Shown here one piece after another: positions 12,696 to 23,515 of a stretch of DNA of 64,000 nucleotides (the first letter of the stretch is position 1; the number at the start of each line of letters is the position of its first letter). The stretch covers positions 15,066,001 through 15,130,000 of the forward strand of contig OZ024751.1 of the NCBI GenBank assembly GCA_964016885.1, read 5' to 3'. Under the pieces are notes generated by a model. The model was not told the DNA's origin, did not search any database, and saw nothing but the letters and a program-made list of their open reading frames with translations. A program made the position numbers and the translations under genes. Source of the stretch: Eledone cirrhosa. Lineage: Eukaryota.

Positions 12696-13521
12696 ACGCC
12701 GCTCAGGCCTTGCTCTTCCTCTCAACTACATCATCTTCCGTATTCCCAATCTTTGCTCCCAAATACAGGAAGGCCCTCAACCAATTCTAGCGGCTTCCCG
12801 CCTACATTAGTGATCCCCTCTGGCTTCTCAATATTCTCTACCAGATATTTTGTTTTAGTCTCATTCATTCTCAGCCCCACACTCATCGACAAAGTCTCAA
12901 CCTCCTGCATCAAATCCTCTGCCTCCTTCACTGTATCTGTCATCAAAACTTTGTCGTCGGCAAATTCAGCATCCGATATCTTTTTCGCCTTAACTCCCCT
13001 GCTCTGAGCCGGTGTTACAGTAAAGCCACAGCTTGAGATCGGTGTGGAAGTCTGACCTTCGTAAAGACCTGAAAATCCGGCTCTTCATTGCTGTAGTGGA
13101 GTCTGTGCTGCTGTACGGGTCTGAGACTTGGGCACTGACCCAGAAACTCACTCAGATGGTGGATAGGTGCTACATGAGAATGCTGAGGATGGCTCTGAAC
13201 ATTAATCAGTATACACTGAGGATGAAAAACTCAGAGCTATATGGGAGCCTCCCAAAAGTCAGCTCAAAAGTGACACAGAGGAGACTGAAGTTAGCTGGAC
13301 ATGCTCACCGACACCCAGAGTTGACATTGCACTCAGTGCTCCTGTGGGAGCCCCTGCATGGACACACTGGAAGAGGAAGACCAAGGTTAACGTATGTTGA
13401 TGCCCTAAGGACAGACACTGGTCTGTTGGAGACGCAGGACATGGCAGCGATAATGAGGGACAGAGACCGCTGGAGAGAACTCGTCCATAGATCTCGGAAA
13501 TTTTACCTGCCCTAGAATAGA
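12696..13521 (+). mobile_element. 5'-truncated, 5'-inverted RTE/RTE-X-like LINE insertion with TSD
   Basis: 12696-13030 encodes the RT FADD...GLRMNETKTK region on the minus strand. 13025-13515 continues CHSLRSVWKS...LLYGSETW...GRPRLTYVD on the plus strand. (AGAAT)n tail; TSD ATAGTGAAGGC. Confidence 0.9.
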
Positions 13522-13836
13522 ATAGTGAAGGCGCGTGGTTAATTGGTTAGTGAACTGGATACGCAATCGTGAGGTTGTCAGTTCGATTCCTGGACCGGGT
13601 GATGCGTTATGTCCTTGAGCAAGACACTTTATTTCACGTTGCTCCTTCTACCTGGATAGTATTAGCAATTGGAAAGACCAACGGAAACATTGTTTCCTCA
13701 GTCCGATTTGACGAAAGTCGATCGACTCTATATATATATATATATTGTCCCCCAAAAATATATACACACTTTGATTGTAAAGGCAATATTTATTAGAATG
13801 GTGTATACATTTTCCGCTACACCCTGTATATATACA

Positions 13837-14019
13837 CGAGGGGGTGCTGAAACGTTCCTCGCGAGGGACCTGGCTGGAGTTCTTTTTTACAGGGCTTAAA
13901 AAACTAGAACAGCTGTAATAATTGTGTGAATCAGGGGAATATGTTGAATAAAATCATAATTAACTGATCCTCCTGTATTTTCTTTTACCCAAAGCCAGGA
14001 ACATTGCAGCAACCCCTCG
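13837..14019. mobile_element. Mariner-type MITE
   Basis: Termini CGAGGGGGTGCTGAAACGTTCC / GGAACATTGCAGCAACCCCTCG followed by TA. Confidence 0.7.
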
Positions 14020-14339
14020 TATGTGTGTATGTATATGTACATGTGTATATATATATATATGTGTGTGTGTTTCTATGTTTACATGGGTGTATGAACCAAC
14101 GAGTGATACACCGTTAACTTGCTAGAAACAGCAGCCCAACGTATGTTAAATATATAATATAATTGTTTCTACTTTTGGCACAAGGCCAGCAATTATACTT
14201 TATTTTATCGACCCCGTAAGGATGAAAGGCAAAGTTAACCAATATAATTTATTCTCGGATGTTACCCGTCATAGGAGGGTCATTTTAGAAGTATATGTTT
14301 GCCACTTAACACACACACACACACATATGTATATATGAG

Positions 14340-14605
14340 GTCAAAGAAACTCACTCAGATGGTGGATGGGTGTTACACGAGAATGCTGAGGATGGCTCTG
14401 AACATTAATTAGTATACACTGAGGATGAAGAACTCAGAGCTGTACGGGAGCCTCCCAAAAGTCAGCTCGAGAGTAGCACAGAGGAGACTGAGGTTAGCTG
14501 GACATGCTCACCGACATCTAGAGTTGACATTGCACTCAGTGTTCCGGTGGGAGCCCCTGCATGGACACACTGGAAGAGGAAGACCGAGGTTAACATATGT
14601 TGATG

Positions 14606-14608
<3 letters not shown>
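14340..14608 (+). mobile_element. Fragment of the same LINE family as 13025-13515
   Basis: High similarity to ~13140-13406, bounded by microsatellites. Confidence 0.88.
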
Positions 14609-14643
<35 letters not shown>

Positions 14644-14697
14644 TATTTCCTGCGTGTATATATATTATTGTCTTTCTCTCTTTTATTTTTAAAACAG

Positions 14698-15088
14698 CAG
14701 ATAATCAGTTCTACTAAACAAGATTTGTCTTTGGGACTTACTGAAAATAAGTGCCTTATGAAGCCTGAAAATGGTCTGGAAGATTTGAAGATGGAAGATA
14801 TGAAAAGGAAGTCTGAGTTAATTGTAGCCAAAGATACTGACAACAGTGTAAGAAAATCAGAAGAAGTTGTTTCGTCTGCAGACTGCGAGATGGAAGTAAA
14901 AGAGAGATCTTTGCACAAACTAAGTCCTGAATCCGATAAACATTTAAAAACTGAAGGGACTTTAAAATTGACAGCATCTTCGAATAAGTGCAACTTAAGC
15001 CATAAACTGAAACATAAAAACTGTTTGGTCAGTGGAAAACAGATGAAATTATTTTCTTCTAAAGAATCTGGCAAAATTATGTTAAAAG
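14698..15088 (+). CDS. FAM172A: FAM172A-like exon 2 (Lys/Ser/Glu-rich extension)
   Basis: Pyrimidine tract with a CAGCAG acceptor; open frame QIISSTKQDL...GKIMLK; AG|GTCAGC donor, phase 1, compatible with exon 3. Confidence 0.7.
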
Positions 15089-16574
15089 GTCAGCTTCGAC
15101 ATTTCAAGTTTCTTTTATTTTAGATTTTGTTGTTGTTGTCGTAGTCATTAAGAAGCCGACTTAGGTTATATCTCACTGCATGGCAAGGATCATACTTACA
15201 TATCAGTATGATGTCATGTTTAGCTATGTATGATGTAGTGAAGGCACATGGTCTAATGGTTAGGATGCTTGACGTAGGATCGTAATGTCGGTTCGATTCC
15301 TGAACAGGCTGCTGCGTTGTGTTCTTGAGCAAAATAATTTATTCCATGTTGCTCCAGTATGCATAGCTGTGGTGATCCTGCAGAGCGGTTCGGCTTAAAC
15401 ATATCTAATGTTTAGCCACATCCAATATAACTAAAACACACTCTCTCTTTAGCTAATCTGTTTATCTACCTAATTTCAGTCAAAGGGAGAGTAATCCTCC
15501 AAGCTTTTTTCTTTTTTTTCTGTAGCAGTTACTTCCCTTTGACTACTCTCAGTTTATGAATATTATAAACTCTAGCTAGTTTCTCACGATTTCTGAACTT
15601 CTGAGGCTAATTTTACAATATGACTGCCACTTATAGAGATAGCTTACATGTAATACAATATTTTGATTAAGACTGAACATTATAATAGCAATGTAACATA
15701 CCCTTGGGTCACTAATAAAATATAAACCACTCTATATGGCTTGGTTGTGCAAACGGGAAATGCAAAATTAGTGTCTCCGTAGATATATATACTTATATAT
15801 ATATATATATATATGCAATTTAAATACTTGTAGTATTTTAAATTGTACGTGGACTTTATGGACATGCTGTATGTATTTATAGCCTTAAAACAACACCAGT
15901 GGCTCAAGACCCATGTGTGTCGTATTTACAGCGCACTTATCGAAGGTTCGGTGAATATACTGTGTCTCAAATCTCTGATCTAGTGTTGTGGCTATAATAA
16001 AGTGTGTGTATGTTTATATATATGTGTGTATATATATATATATATATACGATATTAACAAATGGAAACTATATTTATTTCATTATACATATTTCAAGGAC
16101 ACCAAGTTAAATTATGGTGTGCTTTCATCAGATAAAATATAATATAGATCAGTTTTATAAATAAATATTGACATACCCTTAAAAAATGCAACCATTACTG
16201 TTGCATTCTTTAAGGGTATGTCAATATTTATTGACATACCCTTTTACATATATATATATATATATATATACTATAGATGTGTGTACAGTGAATATGAAGG
16301 TATATACGATACGTTTATGTATAATAAACGTACATAAATCTTGCTGTGAATGTTTTAAGCCGTGATCATGTCACAACTATCTCAATAGCCGTGTGAGAAC
16401 GCCGGACGCTAGCGTTTTAAGGATGTTTATCAGCTTAAAACATTCTTAGCGCGACTTATGTATGTTTATCATACATAAACATATCGTATATGCCTTACAA
16501 TAATTATTTCTACCTGTCTTTCTTTGTTCTTTATTCTACTGTTTATTTATTTTTCTGCATTATATATTTCAAAG

Positions 16575-16697
16575 ATCCAAACGAAATATCAACTGCGAAA
16601 CATGAAAGAAGTCCTAACGTGCTATCTGCAAAGAAACATGATAAAAACAAAATAGTACGAAAATCTTTAAAGTCCTTTAAATATAAATTCAACAAAA
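16575..16697 (+). CDS. FAM172A: FAM172A-like exon 3
   Basis: AAAG acceptor, DPNEIST...KSLKSFKYKFNK, GTAAGT donor. The end aligns with human TLEGFEYAFNE. Confidence 0.85.
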
Positions 16698-16741
16698 GTA
16701 AGTAGGAATATGTTTATAAATATCGTCTATCTGCATTTATA

Positions 16742-17290
16742 TGTAAAGTGGTAGTGCTAGTGTCATGATATAAAAAGCACCCAGTGCACATTGGCAGTAT
16801 TAATGCCCTGATGAAAAGCATGCAGTCCACCCTGTATGGGGGCAGTGCTAGTGCCATGACGAAAACACCCAGTCCATCCTGTTAAGTGGTAGTGCTGGTG
16901 CCACAAAGAAAATCCCCCAATCTATCCTGTAATGTGGCAGGGGTGATGCCATGACGGAATGCACCCAGTCCACCCTGTAAAGTGATAGTGCAGGTGCTAC
17001 GATGAAAAGTACCCAGTCTACCCTGTAACGACATAGTGCTGGTACTACAATGAAAAGCACTGCCCACCCTGTATGGTGGCAATACTAGCACCATCATGAA
17101 AAGCTATCGGTTCACCTTATAAGATGGCAGTGCTAGTGCTACGATGAAAATCATCTATTCCACCCTGTGGAGTTTTAGTGCTAGCGCTACATTGAGAAAC
17201 ACTCGGTCTACCCTGTAAAGTGGCAGTGCTGGTGCCACAATAAAAAGTACCCAGTCTGCTCTATAAAGTGGTAGTGCTGGTACTACGATG
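16742..17290 (+). repeat. Degenerate ~43-bp tandem array related to the RTE 3'UTR unit
   Basis: About 12 units of AAAAGCACCCAGTCCACCCTGTAAAGTGGTAGTGCTGGTGCCAC.ATG. Confidence 0.85.
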
Positions 17291-17810
17291 ATGCAGTCAT
17301 AGTGCTATTTTGAACTTTTCCAGACATTGAGTTAATGTTAACCTCTGAAGTGAGTAGGTTAAACTCTTCTTTGTCTAAAAACAGCATAACAGGAATTGAC
17401 ATAGCTTAATTCTTTAACTTCTAATAATAGTTTCTGGCACAAGGCCAGCAATTTTTGGGGAAGGGAAAGTCGATTAAATCGACCCCAGTGCGTGACTGGT
17501 ACTTTATTTTATCGACCCTGTAAGGATGAAAGGCAAAGTTAACCTCGGCGGGATTTGAACTCAGATCATAAAGGACCGTAACTCTATGCTGCAAAGCATG
17601 ACGTCCGACCCTCTACCGATACTGCCAATCCATGAAATTATTGTGTACAGTGCTCAGGTGCACTACAACTCATCAAAGGTGCATGTATAGTACATAGAAT
17701 AATGTACAAGTGTCAGGAAAGTGAACCACAAAATGCCTTAATATTTGCTTCTTGTACCCAACTTCACCTTTTTTTTTGTTTAATTTAAAAGATCTTATTT
17801 CATTTACCAG

Positions 17811-17908
17811 AGGGACGTCTACGACACATTGAAACCGGGAAACCATTTGAATTTAACATCAGCAACAACAGACAGCAAAATGAAAAGAACTATGAAGAAC
17901 TAGGAGAG
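17811..17908 (+). CDS. FAM172A: FAM172A-like exon 4
   Basis: KGRLRHIETGKPFEFNISNNRQQNEKNYEELGE versus human KGQLRHIKTGEPFVFN...NQKRYEALGE; AG/GT boundaries. Confidence 0.93.
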
Positions 17909-18111
17909 GTAACTAGTGATTACAACTCTGCCTTTACATTGTAGTAGAACTGATAGATAAGTAGACATAGGATAGTTAGGTGGAGGTACTGTTTAGTCAA
18001 GGAGAGAAGGACAGTGCTTATGACCCTTTCCAGGGCCTCTGTGACTGTTTGGGGGAGGGGAGAGAAAGGGTTTTTTTCAACAGAATGAATGCCACTAAAG
18101 GCTCCCCATGG

Positions 18112-19210
18112 ACCAGGTGGTGGTGTTAAAATAAATAGTACTGTTAAACAATGTGTTAGTAGTGTTAAAATAAATAGTACTGTTAAACCAGGTGTTAGTA
18201 GTGTTAAAATAAATAGTAGTTAAACAAGGTGTTAGTAGTGTTAAAATAAATAGTACTGTTAAACAATGTGTTAGTAGTGTTAAAATAAATAGTTCTGTTA
18301 AACCAGGTGTTAGTAGTGTTAAAATAAATAGTAGTTAAACAAGATGTTAGTAGTGTTAAAATAAATAGTAGTTAAACAAGATGTTAGTAGTGTTAAAATA
18401 AATAGTACTGTTAAACCAGGTGTTAGTAGTGTTAAAATAAATAGTAGTTAAACCAGGTGTTAGTAGTGTTAAAATAAATAGTACTGTTAAACCAGGTGTT
18501 AGTAGTGTTAAAATAAATAGTAGTTAAACCAGGTGTTAGTAGTGTTAAAATAAATAGTACTGTTAAACCAGGTGTTAGTAGTGTTAAAATAAATAGTAGT
18601 TAAACCAGGTGTTAGTAGTGTTAAAATAAATAGTACTGTTAAACCAGGTGTTAGTAGTGTTAAAATAAATAGTAGTTAAACCAGGTGTTAGTAGTGTTAA
18701 AATAAATAGTACTGTTAAACCAGGTGTTAGTAGTGTTAAAATAAATAGTAGTTAAACCAGGTGTTAGTAGTGTTAAAATAAATAGTACTGTTAAACCAGG
18801 TGTTAGTAGTGTTAAAATAAATAGTAGTTAAACAAGGTGTTAGTAGTGTTAAAATAAATAGTAGTTAAACAAGGTGTTAGTAGTGTTAAAATAAATAGTA
18901 CTGTTAAACCAGGTGTTAGTAGTGTTAAAATAAATAGTACTGTTAAACCAGGTGTTAGTAGTGTTAAAATAAATAGTAGTTAAACAAGGTGTTAGTAGTG
19001 TTAAAATAAATAGTTCTGTTAAACCAGGTGTTAGTAGTGTTAAAATAAATAGTACTGTTAAACCATGTGTTAGTAGTGTTAAAATAAATAGTACTGTTAA
19101 ACCATGTGTTAGTAGTGTTAAAATAAATAGTACTATTAAACCAGGTGTTAGTAGTGTTAAAATAAATAGTACTGTTAAACCATGTGTTAGTAGTGTTAAA
19201 ATAAATAGTT
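18112..19210. repeat. 37/39-bp minisatellite, ~29 units
   Basis: CCAGGTGTTAGTAGTGTTAAAATAAATAGTA(CT)GTTAAA repeated; a SINE interrupts the last unit. Confidence 0.97.
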
Positions 19211-19471
19211 GTTTCTACTTTTGGCACAAGGCCAGCAATTATCCCAGTACATTACTGGTACTTTATTTTATCGACCCCGTAAGGATGAAAGGCAAAGTTA
19301 ACCTCGGCGGGATTTGAACTCAGATCGTAATAGTACAGTTAAACCAGATGATAGTGTTAAACATTTGTTTGATGTTTTATTGATTAGTTTTTATATTTTA
19401 TTAGCAGCAATCTAGGAAGGAGTGTTTGTGTAGAGAATATCTCTTAATAAGAGGAACTTTAGTGTAGGCTA

Positions 19472-19795
19472 CATCATCATCATCATCAGTTACATACATG
19501 TTTTATCGTAATCAGCAGCACAAACTGCCATAACGGTCAATATCGCCACAACCACCACCGTCGCCATCATCATCACCACATACACCAACATCACCATATC
19601 CATCATCATCACCATAACCACCATCACCACTGTCACCACGAACATAACCATCATCATCATCATCACCACCACCACCACTGTCACCATCACTATGACCAAC
19701 ATCATCACTATCATTACAACCACCATCTCCATCACTACTATTATCACCACAACCACTAACTTCATCATCATCACTACTATTAATGTCATTGTCAC
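19472..19795. repeat. Degenerate (CAY)n trinucleotide tract
   Basis: CAT/CAC runs immediately upstream of FAM172A exon 5. Confidence 0.9.
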
Positions 19796-19822
19796 CTGAA
19801 ATCTGTCCCCATTACCTTCCAG

Positions 19823-19888
19823 GCTGTTACAGAGTATATCTACAATATGTTGCAAACTGAGTTGAAGTTGGAGAAAGTCTATGTACCA
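19823..19888 (+). CDS. FAM172A: FAM172A-like exon 5
   Basis: AVTEYIYNMLQTELKLEKVYVP versus human IITKYVYELLEKDCNLKKVSIP; CAG/GTAAGT boundaries. Confidence 0.92.
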
Positions 19889-19913
19889 GTAAGTACAGAA
19901 CAACTAAATCTAT

Positions 19914-20030
19914 AGTGTGTATATATTATTTATTGAGTGTGTATATATTATTTATTGAGTGTGTATATATTATTTATTGAGTGTGTATATATTATTTATT
20001 GAGTGTGTATATATTATTTATTCGGTGTGT
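19914..20030. repeat. 22-bp tandem repeat, ~5 copies
   Basis: AGTGTGTATATATTATTTATTG repeated. Confidence 0.95.
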
Positions 20031-20189
20031 TTGTATATATATATACATTATGAAGGACTAGTAGTGTCCGAAACGTTAAGACTCTCTTCCTGCTATTTCA
20101 AGCATTAAACTAATATATTTCTTTCATGTACTGTGCCATTTGTTTTGTTATTTTTGTTATTTCTGTTCACCTTTTACATATATATATAT

Positions 20190-22024
20190 GTAAATGTGGT
20201 TGGTGTTAGGAAGGGCATCCAACCGTAGAAAACCCGCCAGACAGTCCTATGCAAGCAAGACAACCACTCTTGCCTCAAGTGGGAAAACTCCCATCCAAAC
20301 CCATGCGAGCGTGGAATATGGACGTTAAACGAAGATGATGATGATATGCAATGCTACATGGCAGTGAGACATGGGCATTGCGTGCAGAGGACCTGCATAG
20401 ACTGGAAAGGAATGAAGCATGCATGCTCCGTTGGATGTGTAATAGTAATATATGTGAATGGCAAAGCATAAATGAACTAAGTGAGAAATTAGGAATAAGA
20501 GGGATCAGATGCTGTTTACTCGAGAGAAGACTTCGTTGGTACGGTCGCGTGATGCGCATGAAAGACGACAGCTGTATGAAAAAGTGCAGGGCGATCAAAA
20601 TTGATGGCAGTTACGGAGTAGGTAGACCCAGAAAAACCTGGGATGATCTGATAAATTCCAACCTTACACACTTGCACCTCTCTAAGACAATGTCACTGGA
20701 CCAACATCTTTGCCGCTACGCAGTAATACAGAAGACCCGCCTTGCATATGTACAAAGCGAGACCTACAGTCAGTAGGCACCTCTTAACCAAATATACACC
20801 CAATCCACTACCCCTACCCTATCCTCCCACTCCCACCAACACCACCCTCTCTCTATAAAGTTGGTACCACAACATCCAGTCCAAATAAATGAGATAAATG
20901 AGATCGAGATCGAGATTGTGTAGGTGTCACGAGAAAAAAACACACAGTCCACGCTGTAATGTGGCCGTGTAGGTATAACGGTAAAAAGTTCCCAGTTCCA
21001 CACTGTAAATGTGGTTGGTGTTAGGAAGGGCATCCAGCCGTAGAAAACCTGCCAGATAGTAATATGAGCGAGACATGGTCACCCGACCAACCTTGCCTCA
21101 AGTGGGACAACTCCCGTCTAACCCATGCTAGCGTGGAAAGTGGACGTTAAATGAAGATGATGATATAATCTGAGTTTTTCGAATATTAATAATAACATTC
21201 GATTCGTTTGCAATTATGCAAACTAGTCTCATTTTTAACGTCATGTCAGTAGAATGAACCCTTCATTCTTGCTCTTGTGTTGGCAGACACTAATGTTTCT
21301 GGGTATCACCCTTCATCAGTAAACCTCACTGTTCACCTGCCAGAGCTAGTGAAAATATATGCTATTTTCTAAAATATACAGTGACTGATCGGCCTGATTT
21401 GCATATTAGCAGATTGGCCGATCATGTTATTATTAATATTTGAAAAACTCAGATTACATTTATTGTATTCAGCCATGTAGAGTGAAATTTTTTTTAATTT
21501 TTTTTATTATATATATATATATTCCGACCTCACACACTTACACCTCTCCAAGACAATGTCACTGGACCGAGAGCTTTGGCGCTACTCAGTAATAGAGAAG
21601 ACCCGCCTTACCTAAGTACAAAGTGAAACCTACTACAGTCAGTAGGCACCTCTAACAAAATACCCCCCCCCCCCCCCCCATCCCACTACCCCCACCCCAT
21701 CCACACCACCCCTTTCAATGTAAAGTTATGTTGGTACCACAACATCCAGCCCGAAACAAATGAGGTCGTGTAGGTGTCACGACAAAAAAACACACAGTCC
21801 ACGCTGTAATGTGGCCGTGTAGGCAACACGGTAAAAACCTCCCAGTCCACACTGTAAACGTGGTTGGTGTTAGGAAGGGCATCCAGCCGTAGAAAACCCG
21901 CCAGACAGTCCTATGCGAGCAAGACAACCACTCTTGCCTCAAGTGGGACAATTTCCGTCTAAACCCATGCTAGCGTGGAAGATAGACATTAAACGATGAT
22001 GATGATGATGATGATGATGATGAT
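20190..22024 (+). mobile_element. Cluster of three 5'-truncated RTE 3' ends (20190-20345, 20346-21165, 21524-22024)
   Basis: ORF 20351-20776 LHGSETWALR...RLRWYGRVMRM...GRPRKTW; repeated 3'UTRs each ending in (GAT)n. Confidence 0.9.
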
Positions 22025-22604
22025 ACACTCAATTTATAAAACAATTTGCATGGTCTTATGCCTTGGAAGGTAACTTTCTAGGTGCAAAACCCATGGTCAT
22101 TCATGACCGAAGGAGGTCTTTACCCTAGCAAGGGTTGGACATCATTAAATATAGCAGTCAATGGCAACTTCTTTTTCCATTTTTAACTCTTTAGCATTTA
22201 AACCGGCCATATCCAGCCAGCATTCTCTCACCTCTTTCTATACAAATTGGTTGTAATCAACCACTTATACCGATATAATATCAAAATCTCATAGATTCGA
22301 TGTTATGTGAGATAATTATGTGAGGTAAAGCCGTTACCATGAAAATATAATAGCATATATAGAGTAATGCAAATGCTAAAGGGTTTAGGGTCTTTACCCT
22401 ATTTTATAAGCTATTTTATAGCATCTCTTCGTATGAGCATACCATACTTTACATGTGTATATTTATATATATATTGTGTGTGTCTGAGTGTCATCATCAT
22501 CATTATTTTATGTTTGCTTTTCCATACTTGCATGGTTTGATACACACACACAGACGTTACACTGTTATATATCCTGACATTGTATGTTTTTATTGTCTTC
22601 ACAG

Positions 22605-22732
22605 ATTGACCAAATGGGTAATGAACCTCAAAGTTTCATATTTCAAAGTAAAGATGCCTTAAGCAACCCTGACAAGTTATTATTGCTTGTCCATGGCTCT
22701 GGGGCTGTCCGGGCTGGTCAGTGGGCTCGCAG
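22605..22732 (+). CDS. FAM172A: FAM172A-like exon 6 (Arb2 domain)
   Basis: EPQSFIFQSKDALSNPDKLLLLVHGSGAVRAGQWARR, a diagnostic FAM172A motif. Confidence 0.96.
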
Positions 22733-23382
22733 GTCAGTAGTTTTCTGTTTGGTCTCTACCTCAACTTCTATCTTGGCTTAGATTCCCTTACAGAAATTAA
22801 ACTTTTCTCTACTAAACTGGGACTGCTCCTGTTTTTATGAAACAAGACTGTCTGTTTCAGCTCTTGACATCCTGTAATAATGTAGTAGAAAATATCTAAA
22901 AATGGGTTTGTTAATTTAAATGTTTATAATATCTTTACAAATGGACAGTTCGTTGTGAAAATTTACAGTGTTAGGATAAAAATTTTAATTTTTAACTCTT
23001 AATAATTTAGCAGAAAATATCTAAAAATAGTTTTGTTAATTTAGATGTTTATAGTATTTTTACTAATGGTTGTTGTGAAAATTCACAGTAAACTAAAGTG
23101 TAGACTTTAATTTTTAATGTCATGCAATCATAGTGCTGTTTTGAACTTTTCAAGAATGTCTTGCTAATGTGGTTTCATGTGGTACAGGATGTTAAAAGTC
23201 CTCTCTTCCCATACTTTTAATGGTTGATATTTCTAAACAGTATTGAAACTGTATTCTGTAAGAATCATAGGTAGAATCCAGATTAGAATTATCCAACATA
23301 TTTTGACTGCTGTTATCTCACTGAGTTGTTGTGTTTGAAGTGTTTACTTTAATATGTGTCTTTCTCTTTGTCTCTTTGACAG

Positions 23383-23515
23383 ACTTATCATCAATGACTG
23401 TTTAGACAGCGGGACACAATCACCATTTATCAAGAGAGCTGTGCAATCAGGTTTTGCAGTTCTTGTTTTAAACACAAATATTAACAGAATTAAAAAAAAT
23501 GGAAAGAAAATAAGG
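23383..23515 (+). CDS. FAM172A: FAM172A-like exon 7
   Basis: LIINDCLDSGTQSPFIKRAVQSGFAVLVLNTN...KKIR; phase 2 in, phase 0 out at GTGAGA. Confidence 0.95.

Noticed and set aside
14425-15123. 232-aa ORF apparently fusing a LINE fragment to a host exon
   Set aside because: The frame runs through a (TA)n tract and the polypyrimidine acceptor by chance. The real exon starts at 14698/14701, and nothing here supports exonisation.
16742-17290. CRISPR-like appearance of the regularly spaced repeats (also 18112, 26545, 57108)
   Set aside because: Units are contiguous tandem copies with no unique spacers, there are no cas genes, and the context is eukaryotic introns.
19490-19903. Met/Val-rich 137-aa ORF
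   Set aside because: It is the translation of a (CAY)n tract antisense to FAM172A exon 5.
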